From: a virus
Taxonomy: Duplodnaviria; Caudoviricetes
Virus record (IMG/VR): IMGVR_UViG_3300023174_000144
Location: 1 to 64,000 of that record
Reading direction: 5' to 3' (one strand)
Length of the DNA: 64,000 nucleotides
Below, piece after piece: positions 8,359-16,774 of the stretch. The translations under genes were made by a program, and so were the position numbers. Numbering within the stretch: the first letter of the stretch is position 1; each line of letters opens with the position of its first letter. The notes under the pieces are model-generated. The model did not search any database and had not been told where the DNA came from. It was given only the letters and a program-made list of their open reading frames with translations.

Positions 8359-8831
8359 TGCACCTTTAATTTTTGCTATTATATTAAGCGTTGTTTTTGC
8401 TGTTTATATATACTTTAGCTATAATGAATAACTTATTTTGTATTGAAATACTAGAGGAAAAGCCAGTAATATGCTTTGATAAATTGCTGTATATTAGAAG
8501 TGTAATAAATAGTAATGAAGATACTCAAGAGTCTAGTTAATGTAGCTTTATTTTTCTTATTATTTCCTTTGATATTATTAAGTGATATGATAAATGATGA
8601 ATAATAGCCCGATCAGTAAATAAGAATCAAATAAGAATTAAATAAGAGAAAAATAACCCTATCGGTAAATAACCTCAGTACTTAAGGATATCTTAATAGC
8701 TAAATAATAAAAGATTAAATAACAAATAGTACCAGAATAAATACCAGCTTATACCAGCTTAAACCTTTAATAAGAAAAGTTGCTATTAAAGTATATATTG
8801 ACATAATTTTAATTTGAGTTATATTAAGAAT

Positions 8832-9143
8832 ATGAAAAATATATTTTCTTTAATATCTGTTAATAACTCTCCTAAACGAAGACCCTTTATACCCAAAAAA
8901 GCAAAACAAAAAGAAGTTTGGTATAATATCAAAAATGCTATAGACCCTCTATCTGGTGATAGTTATGGAGATATTAAATATAAAGTAGTATATATTAATA
9001 ATAAGTATGAAGCTTCTAATTTAATTACTTTAACTGATAGTCTAATAGGCGACAAAGAAATAGCAAAAAGATTCTATGCTGAATTAATTAATTTTTTAGA
9101 TGATCAAAAATTTAATAGCTTATTTAGTTTGACATCTAACTAA
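8832..9143 (+). CDS. hypothetical protein (leaderless)
   Basis: TTGACA(8798)-N16-TATATT-N6-ATG 8832. Confidence 0.6.
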   Translation: MKNIFSLISVNNSPKRRPFIPKKAKQKEVWYNIKNAIDPLSGDSYGDIKYKVVYINNKYEASNLITLTDSLIGDKEIAKRFYAELINFLDDQKFNSLFSLTSN

Positions 9144-9162
9144 TTTAGTATATTATGGGTAG

Positions 9163-9615
9163 ATGAAGTTAATTAATACCACCTCTTATTGTTCTGAAAA
9201 GCTAAAAGAAATTGTTAAATGGTGCTTGCCCCAAGGATTGCACCTTAAAGATATTAGAAAAATAGACTTTGGTAATACCAAAATTGGTTGGCATGGCAGA
9301 GCATGGGGAAGCATGAGGGCGCATATTGCTGTTCCAGCTTATTCTATTTACAAAAAGCCATATAAGAGTGGTGGATTTAGAGGATATTTACCTGTCAAGA
9401 CATATAGCTGGGAAGAATCTTTAATTGAATTAGTTGCCCATGAAGTAAGACACATATATCAATATAAGAAAGATAAGTTCTTTCATGGTATTAAAAAGAT
9501 AAGAAAATACAATATGGGCACTAGGGCTAAATTAAGTGAAGTAGATGCTAGTTTATATGCTATTAGAAAGATAAGAGAGTACAGAAAGAATAATATTAAA
9601 TTTAATTTGGTTTGA
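9163..9615 (+). CDS. putative zincin-like metalloprotein (HExxH)
   Basis: LVAHEVRHIYQ...EVDA; leaderless promoter at 9129. Confidence 0.6.
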   Translation: MKLINTTSYCSEKLKEIVKWCLPQGLHLKDIRKIDFGNTKIGWHGRAWGSMRAHIAVPAYSIYKKPYKSGGFRGYLPVKTYSWEESLIELVAHEVRHIYQYKKDKFFHGIKKIRKYNMGTRAKLSEVDASLYAIRKIREYRKNNIKFNLV

Positions 9616-9616
9616 C

Positions 9617-9747
9617 ATAAGTAGTTGATTATTATATAGTTACGTGGGCGGGCTCCCTGCGCGTGTAAATCGTTGATGGGTAAGCACTTACAACAATATA
9701 AAAAAACTTTCACAAGATTGGCAAGTGCTTGAGTATCAGAATCTTGT
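9617..9747. repeat. dispersed palindrome element R1 (three palindromes)
   Basis: 27-bp 12-3-12 palindromes at 9617, 9665 and 9721; 21-bp GC spacer GTGGGCGGGCTCCCTGCGCGT. Confidence 0.85.
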
Positions 9748-9797
9748 AACACGAAAAAAGTTCTTGTCATAAGTTAAAAGTATGGTATGATTACTAT

Positions 9798-10655
9798 ATG
9801 GCTAGAACAACAAAACCCGCTCAAAGTGTATACGATTTCGATGTACACCAAGAGCCACTCCTCACAACAGACGGCAAGAGGACAGGATACTTCGGCATGG
9901 TGCGCCGTGACACCGCCGAACCCATGACACTCGGAGTTTGCACCGAGCAGTATGGTGTGGTGAAGAATGCAGACCTCGTGACGATGGTCGAAGAGTCGCT
10001 ATCGCAGAACAGTATGCTCGCTAATCACACTTCTAAGAAGTTTGTGGTTCGTGATGGATCCCGTTTCTACGCTAGCTATGACTTCACTGACTTCAAGACT
10101 GAATTGAAGCCAGTTGGCAAGCGTGCCAAGGGAGACATTCTTGGTTTGCGATTGACTGTGAATAACAGTTATGATCGCTCCAGTCGTGTCTCGTTAACCC
10201 TCGGTTTCCTCCGTTTGATTTGCACTAACGGAATGAAATCGTTGACCAAGGAGTTCAGTATGACCAAGAGGCACACTCTTGCTGTTAATCTGGATTTTAT
10301 TGGTGATGCGTTGGCTAACGCTGTCTCCAGCGTTGACAACTCTGTAGCAATCTTTAACAGGTTGGCTCAGAAGGCAATCACTAACGAGCAGGGTTTGACC
10401 TTGCTCACCAAGTTGGAAGAGAAGGACGTTATCTCTGCCAAGGTGCGTGAAGGCATCGAAGCAGTGTGGCGGAATCCTTCTTACGAGGAGGATACTGATC
10501 GCAACCTGTACAATTTGTACAATGCGTCAACTCAGTTCCTGACTCGGAACGTTGCAGATGAACGCTATGAGTATAGCGAGCGCATCAGCACTGATTTGCT
10601 CAAAGTCTTCTCGGGCAAAACCCGTGACGAAGAGCTCCTGAAGCTGGTCGCCTAA
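9798..10655 (+). CDS. DUF932/DUF945-family phage protein
   Basis: G..TEQYGVVKN ... L.V.NSYDRS...LGFLRLICTNG ... NLYNLYNA.T signature; leaderless promoter TTGTCA(9764)-N16-TATGAT-N6-ATG. Confidence 0.8.
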   Translation: MARTTKPAQSVYDFDVHQEPLLTTDGKRTGYFGMVRRDTAEPMTLGVCTEQYGVVKNADLVTMVEESLSQNSMLANHTSKKFVVRDGSRFYASYDFTDFKTELKPVGKRAKGDILGLRLTVNNSYDRSSRVSLTLGFLRLICTNGMKSLTKEFSMTKRHTLAVNLDFIGDALANAVSSVDNSVAIFNRLAQKAITNEQGLTLLTKLEEKDVISAKVREGIEAVWRNPSYEEDTDRNLYNLYNASTQFLTRNVADERYEYSERISTDLLKVFSGKTRDEELLKLVA

Positions 10656-10674
10656 ACTAAAACGAAACTTTAAC

Positions 10675-10707
10675 AGGTGCGAGGGGCAAAACCCCTCGCA
10701 TCTTTTT
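10675..10707 (+). terminator. rho-independent terminator
   Basis: AGGTGCGAGGGG-CAAAA-CCCCTCGCATCT followed by a T-run. Confidence 0.85.
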
Positions 10708-10725
10708 GCTCAAATTTAATGAATT

Positions 10726-10800
10726 ATAAGTCGTTGACCATCAAGCACTTACAGCGCGCGGGACCCTGCGTTTGTAAGTCGTTAACCATTAACGAGATTT
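10726..10800. repeat. dispersed palindrome element R2
   Basis: ATAAGTCGTTGA-CCA-TCAAGCACTTAC, 21 nt, GTAAGTCGTTAA-CCA-TTAACGAGATTT, 5 nt, then TTGACA. Confidence 0.9.
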
Positions 10801-10839
10801 AAATGTTGACAAAAAACCAAGTTCTGTTATTCTTAACCT

Positions 10840-11052
10840 ATGACAAACAAACAATCAGTTCCATTCTATGTGATGAATGTGTTCGGCCAAGACCGAGCCG
10901 TTATCCTAAACACCTCAATTCGTATGTGCACGAGCAAAGAAACTTGTTCACTCAAAGATTTGGAAAATTATGCCAAGGCTTTTGCTGTGGAGTTCTTTCA
11001 AGTTCCAAAACCTTCGAGCTTTCCTGCTAAAGTGGGGCAAGTAGTTTCTTGA
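10840..11052 (+). CDS. hypothetical protein (leaderless)
   Basis: TTGACA(10806)-N16-TATTCT-N6-ATG. Confidence 0.7.
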   Translation: MTNKQSVPFYVMNVFGQDRAVILNTSIRMCTSKETCSLKDLENYAKAFAVEFFQVPKPSSFPAKVGQVVS

Positions 11053-11056
11053 AGAT

Positions 11057-11130
11057 GGGCATATAGCTCAATTGGTTAGAGCGAAGCACTCATAATGCTT
11101 GGGTTGTAGGTTCAAGTCCTACTGTGCCCA
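11057..11130 (+). tRNA. tRNA-CAT (elongator Met or Ile2)
   Basis: GGGCATA/TGTGCCC acceptor; anticodon arm AAGCA-CTCATAA-TGCTT. Confidence 0.92.
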
Positions 11131-11346
11131 TAAATTATGATAATCTTCATAATTATTTATTGACAAAATCACAAGAGGTGTTAAACTTAAAACAATGAAA
11201 GAACCACATACTCTCCATACTTCTCCTTGTGCGGATTGGATGCTTAACTCTTATAGTAAGTTTGTTGAGCCAACTCAAGCTGACATAGATTGGTATTTTA
11301 ACAATAAAAGCATTGACAATAAACAAGAATAGGATAAACTAAAACT

Positions 11347-11733
11347 ATGAAACTTACAAAACAGAATCTTGGTGGACATTGGGTAATTGGAATCGAAGGC
11401 AAGCGAGATGATATTGAGCAGTATCATAATCGAATCTATAATTGGGGTGGCACAAATGGTGAGCTTCAATGGATGAGTGAGACCTTCGCTTACTTTTGGA
11501 TTACGATGGAGAAGTTGGAGCGAGTAATGTTCAAGTATGTTATGAGTAGTGTGAGTGATAAACTTGGCAAGAAAATGAAAGGCAGTAAAGGTGGATTGAA
11601 GAAAGCTGTAATGAATCGAGTCCACAATACAATTAATAATATTCCAAACGATACTTTTGTTAGAACAGCACAAATCCAAGAGTTCTTTTCGCTCGGAAAG
11701 ATTTCTGCTGAAAAGTTAGATACTGATAGCTAA
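11347..11733 (+). CDS. conserved hypothetical protein, IYNWGGTNG family (paralog of 21568-21987)
   Basis: Leaderless promoter at 11313; motifs shared with the minus-strand paralog. Confidence 0.75.
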   Translation: MKLTKQNLGGHWVIGIEGKRDDIEQYHNRIYNWGGTNGELQWMSETFAYFWITMEKLERVMFKYVMSSVSDKLGKKMKGSKGGLKKAVMNRVHNTINNIPNDTFVRTAQIQEFFSLGKISAEKLDTDS

Positions 11734-11739
11734 TTTATC

Positions 11740-11824
11740 GGGCAAGTGGCGGAACTGGCGAGACGCATCTGGCTTAAGATCAGATACATTAGAAACATTG
11801 TGAGTTCAAATCTCACCTTGCCCA
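11740..11824 (+). tRNA. trnL: tRNA-Leu(TAA)
   Basis: GGGCAAG/CTTGCCC acceptor; TCTGG-CTTAAGA-TCAGA; long variable region. Confidence 0.92.
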
Positions 11825-11836
11825 AGTTTTGATGTT

Positions 11837-11908
11837 GCTCTTATAGCTTAATGGATAAAGTGAATGTCTTCTAAACATTCTATGCAGGTTCGATTCCTGC
11901 TAAGAGCA
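11837..11908 (+). tRNA. trnR: tRNA-Arg(TCT)
   Basis: GCTCTTA/TAAGAGC acceptor; AATGT-CTTCTAA-ACATT. Confidence 0.92.
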
Positions 11909-11960
11909 CTTTAGCTTAAAAAGATAATCTATTTCAATCTAATCTAGTGTAACTATAAGT

Positions 11961-12488
11961 ATGAATAAAACTCTGTTAAAGCAATATATAGATTCTGGCT
12001 ATTCTTCTTATAAGATAGCTAATATTTCTAATAAAGGCCAAACTACAATAAGATACTGGCTCAAAAAATATGATTTATTTACCAAAGGAAACAAAAGAGA
12101 TACTAAAATAATAAATGGAGATACTCATATTAAATGTGGAAACTGTGATAAATTTTATTCAAAAGATAATTTCTATAAAAAAACAAAAAAGTCATTTATG
12201 AGTTATTGCAAAGAATGCTTTAATGAATACGCAAAAGAGAGATGGAAAGCTAGAAAACGTAAGGCTATTGAATATAAAGGTGGCAAATGCTCTTCTTGTG
12301 GCTATAATAAATGTCCTGATGTTCTTGAATTTCATCATAGAGATCCTAAACAAAAAGAATTTGATTGGAAAAAACTTCGTCAGATGTCTTGGGATAAGGT
12401 AACAAACGAATTAGATAAGTGCGACATACTTTGTTCGAACTGCCATAGAGAGCGACATTACGAAATATTTTCTCTAAATAAAAAATAA
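11961..12488 (+). CDS. HNH endonuclease with N-terminal HTH and Zn-finger (putative homing endonuclease)
   Basis: SYKIA..TTIRYWLKKY HTH; CxxC pairs; LEFHHRDP...LCSNCHRERH HNH core. Confidence 0.85.
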   Translation: MNKTLLKQYIDSGYSSYKIANISNKGQTTIRYWLKKYDLFTKGNKRDTKIINGDTHIKCGNCDKFYSKDNFYKKTKKSFMSYCKECFNEYAKERWKARKRKAIEYKGGKCSSCGYNKCPDVLEFHHRDPKQKEFDWKKLRQMSWDKVTNELDKCDILCSNCHRERHYEIFSLNKK

Positions 12489-12847
12489 CATGTACTCTAT
12501 TTATGTGAGAGATTTTTTTGACAAGAATGCCCCAATCATTTTTCTTTGTGGAATAAGTTTGAGTATTTTTTGGGGAGCAATAGAAGAGTTAATTAAAATG
12601 TTAATTACACATCTAAAATAGTTTTTCCAAAATATCTAAGTACACAGTATAAATAGTTGAAATATAAACCAATATATTGTAATATATAATATATGAAGCA
12701 TGAGAATAGATTTGATAAGAAACTAGAACAAAAAATCTTGTCTGAGATCGATCAAAAAGATCTTAAACAAATTGATCAAATGCTTTCTGATTTAGAAATC
12801 GTCTGGAAGAAGTGGGTCAAAGCTCATCCAGATTGGAAGTCTCATGA

Positions 12848-12922
12848 ATAAGTCGTTGATACTCAAGTAGTTATAGAAGCAGGGAGCTTCGCGTTGTAAG
12901 TCGTTGACTCTCAAAGAGATAT
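12848..12922. repeat. dispersed palindrome element R3
   Basis: Palindromes at 12848 and 12896, 21-nt spacer; 5 nt to TTGACA at 12928. Confidence 0.9.
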
Positions 12923-13086
12923 AAAGCTTGACAATTTTCACATCTATATTAGAATTATTAAATGGCACTTCTTAAAGCTATTATTAATTTTCCTTTTGTT
13001 CAAATTTCGTATGGTGAAGGTAACATTTTATTAAGTTGGAAAGCCTGGCACTTGGCAGTATATTTATATTTTTGGTGGAATTATTC

Positions 13087-13428
13087 GTGAAAGCAAAGCA
13101 CAAAGTATACTATAACTTACATAAGCATTGTTTAAGTATAATGCTTCGTGGAAAAGTATTAGAGCATAACTCAGAGTTCTTTCTTAAAGATGTAGAGTTT
13201 AGAGTGAGTCAAGCTGGCAGAAACAGAGTATTAAAAGAAAAGCGGAAAAATGTTCACGCTTTTGTGTGTGGCACTCCAGATGATGGTTGGCCTATTGATC
13301 AAAATGAAAGAAAAGTAACATATAATCCTTATAAGTATAACAGCTTTGTTTATGCTGATACTCTTGAGCCAGTATACAAAGTAAAGTGGGCTGGTGTTAT
13401 AAATCGTGATATATTTGTCTTGAATTAA
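13087..13428 (+). CDS. conserved phage hypothetical protein
   Basis: YYNLHKHCLS...FRVSQAGRNRVLKEKRKNVHAFV; GTG start overlaps the stop of a small leaderless ORF at 12962-13090. Confidence 0.7.
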   Translation: MKAKHKVYYNLHKHCLSIMLRGKVLEHNSEFFLKDVEFRVSQAGRNRVLKEKRKNVHAFVCGTPDDGWPIDQNERKVTYNPYKYNSFVYADTLEPVYKVKWAGVINRDIFVLN

Positions 13429-13595
13429 TCTAAAAGTATAGTAGAATTATCTAATGGAAATTACTAAAGCCAAGAAACTAAAGGAGGGTGGTTACGCACT
13501 ATACGCAACTGACCCTAAAACTAAAACTGAAACCCAAGTTGGATATATTGGAGAAGGTCTGACTTTGGAAGCGTGGCTTCCTAAAGGAGTAAAAA

Positions 13596-14009
13596 TTGAA
13601 AATTCTTGAAGAAACATTTACCAGTCGAGGATTTAAGTTCACGATGATTGGTCGTGATGGCGATGTTGCAATCTATAAAAAGCAACTCGATGAACCAGAC
13701 AGCGAAGCGTTCAACTATGAAGTGATTGCTATTAAGCGTCACAATGGATATGAAATTGCAGGTGTGAAGATGCCACCAGCAGAAATGTATCCAAGCGATA
13801 GTCAATGGGGCGATTGGGCTTATACTTGTATTGATCGTGAAGATGCAGACAAGCGATTCGTTCAACTAAAAGAAAAACTAGAAGCTTATGTTGCGACATC
13901 AACCTTGCCTAATGGTGAGAAGCGTGGTCGTGGTCGTCCTCGTAAGAGCGATGTTCTTCCAGCACCTCCAGCAGAAATCCACTTGACACCAGAACAATTA
14001 GCAGTATAA
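13596..14009 (+). CDS. hypothetical protein with C-terminal AT-hook
   Basis: KRGRGRPRK motif; E.YPSDSQWG.WAYT conserved-looking core. Confidence 0.7.
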   Translation: MKILEETFTSRGFKFTMIGRDGDVAIYKKQLDEPDSEAFNYEVIAIKRHNGYEIAGVKMPPAEMYPSDSQWGDWAYTCIDREDADKRFVQLKEKLEAYVATSTLPNGEKRGRGRPRKSDVLPAPPAEIHLTPEQLAV

Positions 14010-14016
14010 TCCGATT

Positions 14017-14250
14017 ATGACATACAAATGTGCAGTAAGCGGTGAAGCAATTTCACCAGAGAGAGTTGAGGCTCTGCAAGTCCTCGGCGTTCCAGAAGCT
14101 CTATGGACTAAAAAAGAGCATAGTCAAACAAGAAAGCTAAAAGCTATATATGCAGGTGACGATGGCAGTAATGACATTGTTATTTGTGATAATGTAGATG
14201 GTGGCTCAATGTTTGAGAATGAAGTAATCGCAGAGGTAGAAAATGACTAA
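14017..14250 (+). CDS. possible degenerate TraR/DksA-like small protein
   Basis: YKCAVSGEAISPERVEAL resembles C..CG..I...RL.A but only one Cys remains in this motif. Confidence 0.4.
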   Translation: MTYKCAVSGEAISPERVEALQVLGVPEALWTKKEHSQTRKLKAIYAGDDGSNDIVICDNVDGGSMFENEVIAEVEND

Positions 14251-14423
14251 TAAATTTATAGTATTGAGAGACGGAGTTCGTGTCAGCGATGATATGTACA
14301 ATTCAGAAGCAGATGCCCAACACGAGGCAAACTTCTGGCGTGAAATCATCAAGCGTTGGCCAGACGGCACGAAAGTCGTTATCAAAAAAATCGGTGGATA
14401 ACTTCGGAGGCCGACACTAAAAT

Positions 14424-14514
14424 ACGAGGGTCGTCTAACTGGTTAAGACCCACGATTTATATTCGTGAAGCTCTAGATTTGAGCGTAATGAAGGTTCAAA
14501 TCCTTCCCCTCGTA
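14424..14514 (+). tRNA. tRNA with TAT anticodon (Ile) and long variable arm
   Basis: ACGAGGG/CCCTCGT; D-stem GTCT/AGAC; CACGA-TTTATAT-TCGTG; variable arm GCTC-TAGATTT-GAGC; GAAGG-TTCAAAT-CCTTC; A73. Confidence 0.85.
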
Positions 14515-14587
14515 AACCCTTAACAATCAACAAGAAAAAAAAGATAAAAAAGTTTGACAAAAAAGAAAGGTATAGTAAGATAAGAGT

Positions 14588-14854
14588 ATGAACAAAATCA
14601 AAAACGCAGTAATATACATAACCTCATTCACCAAGTATCTGTTCCTTTTCCTCGTAGGGCAAAGGTATCTGATCGAATACAAACCCTACGGCAAAGATGA
14701 AGTCTATACTTACATCATTGGTAAGCCTTCGTCTTATACGATTAGCAAGGCTGGCAACAAGTTGTTTACGACTTTTTGCTTCTCTGGTCGTATGGATTCT
14801 GGCGTGAAGCAATTCCGCTACGATAGAATTACTGGAGGTCTCTCGCCAGTTTAA
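14588..14854 (+). CDS. hypothetical protein (leaderless)
   Basis: TTGACA(14554)-N16-TAAGAT-N6-ATG. Confidence 0.7.
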   Translation: MNKIKNAVIYITSFTKYLFLFLVGQRYLIEYKPYGKDEVYTYIIGKPSSYTISKAGNKLFTTFCFSGRMDSGVKQFRYDRITGGLSPV

Positions 14855-14893
14855 CAACAGAGAGATGGGGTCGTGATTTACCCCTCCATATAG

Positions 14894-14926
14894 AAAAGGC
14901 GAGACCTAAAAAATCTCGCCTTTTTT
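14894..14926 (+). terminator. rho-independent terminator (possibly bidirectional)
   Basis: AAAAGGCGAGA-loop-TCTCGCCTTTTTT. Confidence 0.8.
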
Positions 14927-14961
14927 ATTGCACTTAAACAAAGTTATGTTAAGATAACTAT

Positions 14962-15100
14962 AGTTCTTTCCGCAAGGTGTGGAGTGACTAACCCATTAAC
15001 GCCCTTGAAACCCCAATGCCCAGAGTCTGAGGCAATTAGAGGTGGGTATATATTCTCTTTGATTCTAGAGCAAAGAGAGCGGAAAAAACTTATTTATTTT
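14962..15100 (+). ncRNA. candidate ~130-nt structured RNA
   Basis: TTGCAC(14928)-N16-TAAGAT; 5' AGTTCTTTCCGC pairs 11/12 with GCGGAAAAAACT (15079-90); internal hairpins; T-tract after. Confidence 0.45.
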
Positions 15101-15269
15101 TGCGCCAATCTTCTCTGTGGTTAAATACCCAACTTAACAAAGCTTTTTCAAAACCAATATCTTGACCAGCTTTTTCACTTTCAATCCATTTGTGTTTTAA
15201 GATCTCTTCTCGTTCTTCCATGAACTTTTTATATAACGCTGACGACTCTAATATTCCAGAGGTTTTCAT
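15090..15269 (-). CDS. conserved small phage protein
   Basis: EREEILKHKWIESEKAGQDIGFEKALLSW; GTGTAA motif upstream at 15291-96. Confidence 0.7.
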   Translation of the reverse strand: MKTSGILESSALYKKFMEEREEILKHKWIESEKAGQDIGFEKALLSWVFNHREDWRKNK

Positions 15270-15355
15270 CAAATATTATTATAAATAATATTACACAAAA
15301 TAGCAAATAGTAATTGCTAAATAGCTAAATAATAAATATAATAATACTACATATT

Positions 15356-15427
15356 GGGGCTATCGTCTAATGGTTAGGACTCCTCGCTTTCAATGAGGGT
15401 GTATCGGTTCGAATCCGTTTAGCCCTA
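15356..15427 (+). tRNA. trnE: tRNA-Glu(TTC)
   Basis: GGGGCTA/TAGCCCT; CCTCG-CTTTCAA-TGAGG; TTCGAAT T-loop. Confidence 0.9.
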
Positions 15428-15443
15428 TATACTTATGATAGTT

Positions 15444-15518
15444 ATAAGTGCTTAATTATCAAAGATTTATAGCGGCGGGCTCCCTGCCTTTGTAAGTTGT
15501 TGATAATGAGAGAGTTAT
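15444..15518. repeat. dispersed palindrome element R4
   Basis: Palindromes at 15444 and 15492; lies between tRNA-Glu and a convergent small ORF (15518-15652, minus strand). Confidence 0.85.
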
Positions 15519-15706
15519 TACTCTCCCATATCACGAGCATGGTCAGCATCAAGCTCTGCCTGAGTTTCTAAGGCTCGTTCCATAGCTTGATCGTCCCACA
15601 TTTCTTTTGCCCAGATTTTTAGTGTTTTTTCGTCATCGAATATGTTCATCATATTTACCTCCTTTCTTTCTATAGATTATCATATTTATCTATATAGTCA
15701 ACAATT

Positions 15707-15781
15707 ATATTTCATTGATTATTAGAGAGTTACAAAAGCGACCTCCCTTGTGCTGTAAGTCTTTGATGGTGAATGAGATTT
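15707..15781. repeat. dispersed palindrome element R5 (between divergent promoters)
   Basis: Palindromes at 15707 and 15755; each outer arm is 5 nt from a -35 box (TTGACT on minus, TAGACA on plus). Confidence 0.85.
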
Positions 15782-15820
15782 ATTAGTAGACAAAAAGAAA
15801 AAAACTGATATATTTAAACT

Positions 15821-16660
15821 ATGAAAGTAAACGAAATTATCACTGAAAAATTCATCGAAGCCCTCAACAAAGGTGTCATCCCTTGGCAGAAACCTTGGAA
15901 AGTTTTTGACCTCTGCAACGGAGTTTCCAAAAAGAATTATAGGGGCATCAATCAATTTTTGCTACGGATGCTTGCTTCTGATGATTTCTTTTTTACATTT
16001 AATCAGATCAAGGAACTAGGTGGGAGAATCAAAAAGGGTGCAAAGTCTCACATGGTAGTTTATTACAAACTCCTCAAGACAGAAAGCAACAATGAAACCA
16101 AAACTTTTCCAATGATGAGATTTTATAAAGTTTTTGGCTTGAGTGATATTGAGGGCATGAAGTGGAAACAGCCTGAAGTTAAGAAGTTGGATTTTTCACC
16201 AGTAGAAGAAGCAGAAAAGTTGATCAACAAGTGTTTGATTCAGATTAAGTATGGTGGCAGTCGTGCCTGTTATTATCCGCAGGAGCATAAAATTGATCTT
16301 CCTCCAAAAGAAAATTTCACCAGCGTTGAGGAGTATTATTCCACAGCGTTCCATGAGATTGGTCACGCTATGCACAAGGCTACCAATGACGATGTAAAAA
16401 ATGGATTTGGAACTCAGAATTATAGCAAAGAAGAATTGACAGCAGAGATTTTTGCAAGCCTATGCCTTAACTTCTGCGGAATTGATTCAGAAAAATGTTT
16501 CAACAATTCTGCCAGCTATCTCTCCAACTGGCTAGGAGTATTAAAGAAAGACATGAACTTTATTATCTCAGCTTCTAGCAAAGCACAAAAAAGATTTGAC
16601 GCTTTTATTGGTAGAAAAGAAAGCGAAGAGATTCCACAAGAAGAAGCTGTAACTGCTTAA
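15821..16660 (+). CDS. ardC: ArdC-like antirestriction protein (ssDNA-binding N-domain plus zincin domain)
   Basis: IIT..FIEAL.KGVIPWQKPW...YRGIN...TFNQIKELGG.IKKGAK; YYSTAFHEIGH; YSKEELTAEI; NSASYL.NWL. Confidence 0.9.
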   Translation: MKVNEIITEKFIEALNKGVIPWQKPWKVFDLCNGVSKKNYRGINQFLLRMLASDDFFFTFNQIKELGGRIKKGAKSHMVVYYKLLKTESNNETKTFPMMRFYKVFGLSDIEGMKWKQPEVKKLDFSPVEEAEKLINKCLIQIKYGGSRACYYPQEHKIDLPPKENFTSVEEYYSTAFHEIGHAMHKATNDDVKNGFGTQNYSKEELTAEIFASLCLNFCGIDSEKCFNNSASYLSNWLGVLKKDMNFIISASSKAQKRFDAFIGRKESEEIPQEEAVTA

Positions 16661-16723
16661 GTATTAACTACTTACGCAAGCGGGGTCCCTGCCGTTCTAA
16701 GTCATTGATAGTCAATGAGATTT
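16649..16723. repeat. dispersed palindrome element R6
   Basis: GTAACTGCTTAA-GTA-TTAACTACTTAC contains the ardC stop codon; second palindrome at 16697. Confidence 0.85.
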
Positions 16724-16774
16724 AACTGTAAAAAAAAAACTTGTACGAAAACAAAAACGTGGTAACCTATTTTT

